19,720 bases of DNA from a virus, in the UHGV virus genome UHGV-0194792; one strand, given 5' to 3'. The notes below the pieces were generated by a model. That model did not search any database. It had not been told where the DNA came from and saw only the letters and a list, made by a program, of their open reading frames with translations. Below are positions 17,091 to 19,720 of the stretch, piece after piece; position 1 is the stretch's first letter; every line of letters begins with the position of its first letter. The translations under genes were made by a program, and so were the position numbers.

Positions 17091-18461
17091 TCAGATTCGT
17101 CCATCGTATAGTTTTGCAATTTCCGTAGCAGCCTTCTCAATGCCGGGGTACACCGTGCTTTCGTTAATGCCAAGGCGGCTCAGTTGCTGCATCAGATGCT
17201 CTTTGTTTCTAATAACAAGCTTTTTGATGTTCAGCGTACTGAGTCCCGTTTCCGGTAGGTCTACGTTTTCACCAAAGAGCAGGAAAGCGCCTGATTGGGA
17301 CGAAATACGTGCGTTACTGAGCCGACCTTTGACCACAACAATTTTACTTAGGTGGACCGGATCGATGATGCTTTTGAAATAGGACTTTTCATCGCGGATC
17401 AGGTGTAGTAGTTGTCCGCACTCTTCAGATTCGTTAAACGCCGGAATGGTGAGATTAGTTTTCAGGCTGCTTTTGAAACGAGAGGGAAGACGGGAAAGAT
17501 TGGCTATGCAACTTACGGTATCCGAGTCGAAAAACTTAATTTCACTTTTGGGCGTCGTCAGAATAATGACGTTCCCGTCAATTTCATGATTATTTTCATC
17601 GTGCTTGATTTTAGAGCAGGCAAAATATAGTGCGATCAAGGGGTTTGTTGATACATCAAGCAGGCGTGTGGGTAGGCCATAGTGTTGCATGCGCACGAGT
17701 TTATCTAGCATATACCGATCGTCTTTGAACTCGGCGGGCTGCACGGTCAGCAGCTCTGTTATCATGTCCGATTCGTGATGGCGGTAGCGATAGTTACCCT
17801 GAGTATCCTTGCGGAACAGTGAGGGTTCCAGTTGGTAGTTGATGTCCGAGTGACCGCGGTAAAATACCTCTTCATCGTTTCCCTGTGTATGATCGAGTAT
17901 CACCTGCAAGTACTGATTGATATTCGCAATGATCTCTAGTTCTTCATTATTCTCCGGTGCTTCCGCACTCGCTGCTGCGGGCTCAACATTAGAATAGCCT
18001 TCAAGGCCTAAAACACGCAGAATCTCATTTACGGAAATCTCTTTGACCGCCCAGAACGTTCTGTTTAGTCCGAAACTGCCCAGCTCCAGCTCACTTACGT
18101 ACTCTTTATCGCTGGTTAAAGGCTTGTAGCCGATATCACTGGTAATCTCATAATCAAACGCTAAAACTTTTTCTCTGTTATACACGGACGTACTTATCTT
18201 GCTGATTTTTCCTAAGCGGATGTGGCTGAAATAACCTATTTTTTCATTATCTTCATCGAATTCAATTTCCGGCTCGGACATAAATACAACGGGCAGTTCC
18301 TGAAGAAAATGATAGGTTTTTTCAGTCAGGGGAAGCAATCTGCTTCTAAGAGACTCTGGCGTGGATTCGAAGAGTCGCGACACAGGGAAAGAGTCATTGC
18401 CACTGGGTTCAGAAAAAAAAGTGTAGTATTTGGGGGTTCCGACAACGATAAGATTCAGCAT
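17091..18461 (-). CDS. FRG-domain-like protein with N- and C-terminal extensions
   Basis: 456-aa ORF with GAGGA RBS 8 nt upstream. Central blocks FYRGHSDINYQLEPSLFR and QHYGLPTRLLDVSTNPLIALYFA match my recollection of the Pfam FRG-domain signature. About 185 residues precede the domain. Confidence 0.55.
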   Translation of the reverse strand: MLNLIVVGTPKYYTFFSEPSGNDSFPVSRLFESTPESLRSRLLPLTEKTYHFLQELPVVFMSEPEIEFDEDNEKIGYFSHIRLGKISKISTSVYNREKVLAFDYEITSDIGYKPLTSDKEYVSELELGSFGLNRTFWAVKEISVNEILRVLGLEGYSNVEPAAASAEAPENNEELEIIANINQYLQVILDHTQGNDEEVFYRGHSDINYQLEPSLFRKDTQGNYRYRHHESDMITELLTVQPAEFKDDRYMLDKLVRMQHYGLPTRLLDVSTNPLIALYFACSKIKHDENNHEIDGNVIILTTPKSEIKFFDSDTVSCIANLSRLPSRFKSSLKTNLTIPAFNESEECGQLLHLIRDEKSYFKSIIDPVHLSKIVVVKGRLSNARISSQSGAFLLFGENVDLPETGLSTLNIKKLVIRNKEHLMQQLSRLGINESTVYPGIEKAATEIAKLYDGRI

Positions 18462-19000
18462 ACTTGCGATCCTCGCATAAGTTAAGTTTCTCTCTCATCA
18501 TGCCAGACTTGATAATTATTTAAACATCAGCGCTGCTATTTATATTTCACACCTTTTTGAGCCGAAACGACACTGCCATCGGTAAGCCCGGATGATACAT
18601 TCTGAAAATTCATCAGAAAAATTTACATCACGCTTTACTCCTGACGTATATCAGCACTAACGTGCCATTGCGCACGCGCTAGCTATTTAGTAGCGCGTTT
18701 CGGCGAAAAGAGATTCGGTAGTCAATGACTATATTTCGCTCATAACAGACATTCACTACAGTTGTGGCAGAAAGGTATGCATGCTGGGTGTGGGGAAGTC
18801 GTGAAAGAAAAGAAGACTGCAGTGCCGTTTGTCGTTACGTTTATCTTCATTGGCTATGCAAGTCGTAATACAAGGTGGGACAAAACTGAGACATATAAGG
18901 CCTCGCAATGGCTTGCAAGGCTTTACATGTTTTGATGTGGTGGGACGTGTGAGCGCAGTGTTGATGGGGTAATGCTTTGAATTAGAAGCGGATTCTTATA

Positions 19001-19046
19001 ATTCGTAATGCGAAGGTCGTAGGTTCGACTCCTATTATCGGCACCA
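19001..19046 (+). other. thrW: prophage attachment-site repeat (attR): 3' 46 nt of a tRNA-Thr gene, including T-arm and CCA end
   Basis: ATTCGTAATGCGAAGGTCGTAGGTTCGACTCCTATTATCGGCACCA matches the 3' part of E. coli tRNA-Thr (CGU) as I recall it, with a canonical GGTTCGACTCC T-arm. No matching 5' half is present upstream, so this is a partial copy and not a gene. Confidence 0.65.
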
Positions 19047-19643
19047 TTTAAATCAATAAGTTATCTCACATTTAAGTAAACTACGTTCTCCTCTTGTGCC
19101 TTTGATTTTGCTCGCGTGCGCGGTGAAATGCCTGACTGAAAGGTGAGCATATCGACGAACCATTTCGAGAGTTTCCCATCTGCTCATTTTTAAGTGCAAG
19201 CAGGAAAACACCGGACTAAACCAATCAGCTGTTCGAAAATGGCAAGCGGATTAATATGCCATGGCGGGGCAGCTTTGAGCCGCACGCATGGGGTGTGGCA
19301 AGCCTGATGGATTTTGCTGTGCCTGTGGTGGCGTGTTTGCTGGTTTGGCTGTTGGTTAAACGCGAAAGTCATAATGCCAGGGGAATACCGCAGGGTGTTC
19401 AGGTTTTGCATAAAAAAGCCCACCATTAAGGTGGGCAAAAGGAATGATTTATATTCTCTGAGAGAAACATTACATTTCTCCTTGTCACTTCTAACATAAA
19501 AATATGGAGAAATAATGGAGCTTATATTAATTGGCGATTAGGTAACCATGTGGTTATACAAAACAATACAGTTCTTTACATTTGCCTTGTTTTATGAATA
19601 CTCCTGAAGAGGTGTACAACATAATTAAACAAACAGGGTAAAT

Positions 19644-19720
19644 ATGAATATATTTGAACAAACTCCACCGAACCGCAGACGTTATGGTCTTGCTGCATTC
19701 ATTGGGCTGATTGCTGGCGT
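19644..19720 (+). CDS. yagU: chromosomal flank: N-terminus of a YagU-like inner membrane protein (3' end outside window)
   Basis: [25 protein letters not shown] matches my recollection of the E. coli YagU N-terminus. AGGG RBS upstream. The partial ORF runs off the window end. Confidence 0.45.

Noticed and set aside
15897-18461. Calling the FRG/PD-(D/E)xK pair a restriction-modification system.
   Set aside because: No methyltransferase motifs or plausible methyltransferase ORF anywhere in the window. The nuclease-like motif alone does not define an R-M system.
19001-19046. Possibility that this is a complete, functional tRNA gene.
   Set aside because: Only the 3' 46 nt match. The upstream sequence cannot form the acceptor 5' strand or D-arm, so it is treated as an att-site remnant.
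19190-19499. ORFs 19190-19438 (-) and 19314-19499 (+) in the chromosomal flank.
   Set aside because: They overlap each other, lack clear RBSs, and have non-protein-like composition. The region is more likely the promoter and leader of the YagU-like gene.
1-19720. CRISPR arrays, IS elements or transposases, rRNA genes, integrase or excisionase.
   Set aside because: No regularly spaced short repeats, no terminal inverted repeats flanking a transposase-like ORF, and no integrase-like ORF were seen. The integrase is expected at the other prophage end, outside this window.

Overview
This window is the right-hand end of an integrated tailed prophage in an enterobacterial chromosome. Positions 1-14366 carry a co-directional, translationally coupled late operon: the end of an HK97-type capsid gene, head-tail joining genes, then a Mu-like contractile-tail module (sheath, tube, frameshifted chaperone, tape measure, DNA-circulation protein, baseplate hub, spike, gp46/gp47/gp48-like proteins, tail fibre, fibre assembly protein). 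It ends in a G-segment-like invertible tail-fibre cassette with two hix/gix-like crossover sites and a Gin/Pin/Hin-family serine invertase. Between the invertase and the prophage end (a 46-bp copy of the 3' end of tRNA-Thr at 19001-19046) lies an AT-rich cargo island of three minus-strand genes, which is the main candidate for a novel system: an FRG-domain-like protein, a protein with a PD-(D/E)xK nuclease-like motif, and a protein with an R-x4-H (HEPN-like) motif that is flanked by direct repeats. I cannot place these in any named defence system from memory. All calls rest on reading the sequence and recalled family signatures; no searches or computations were run.
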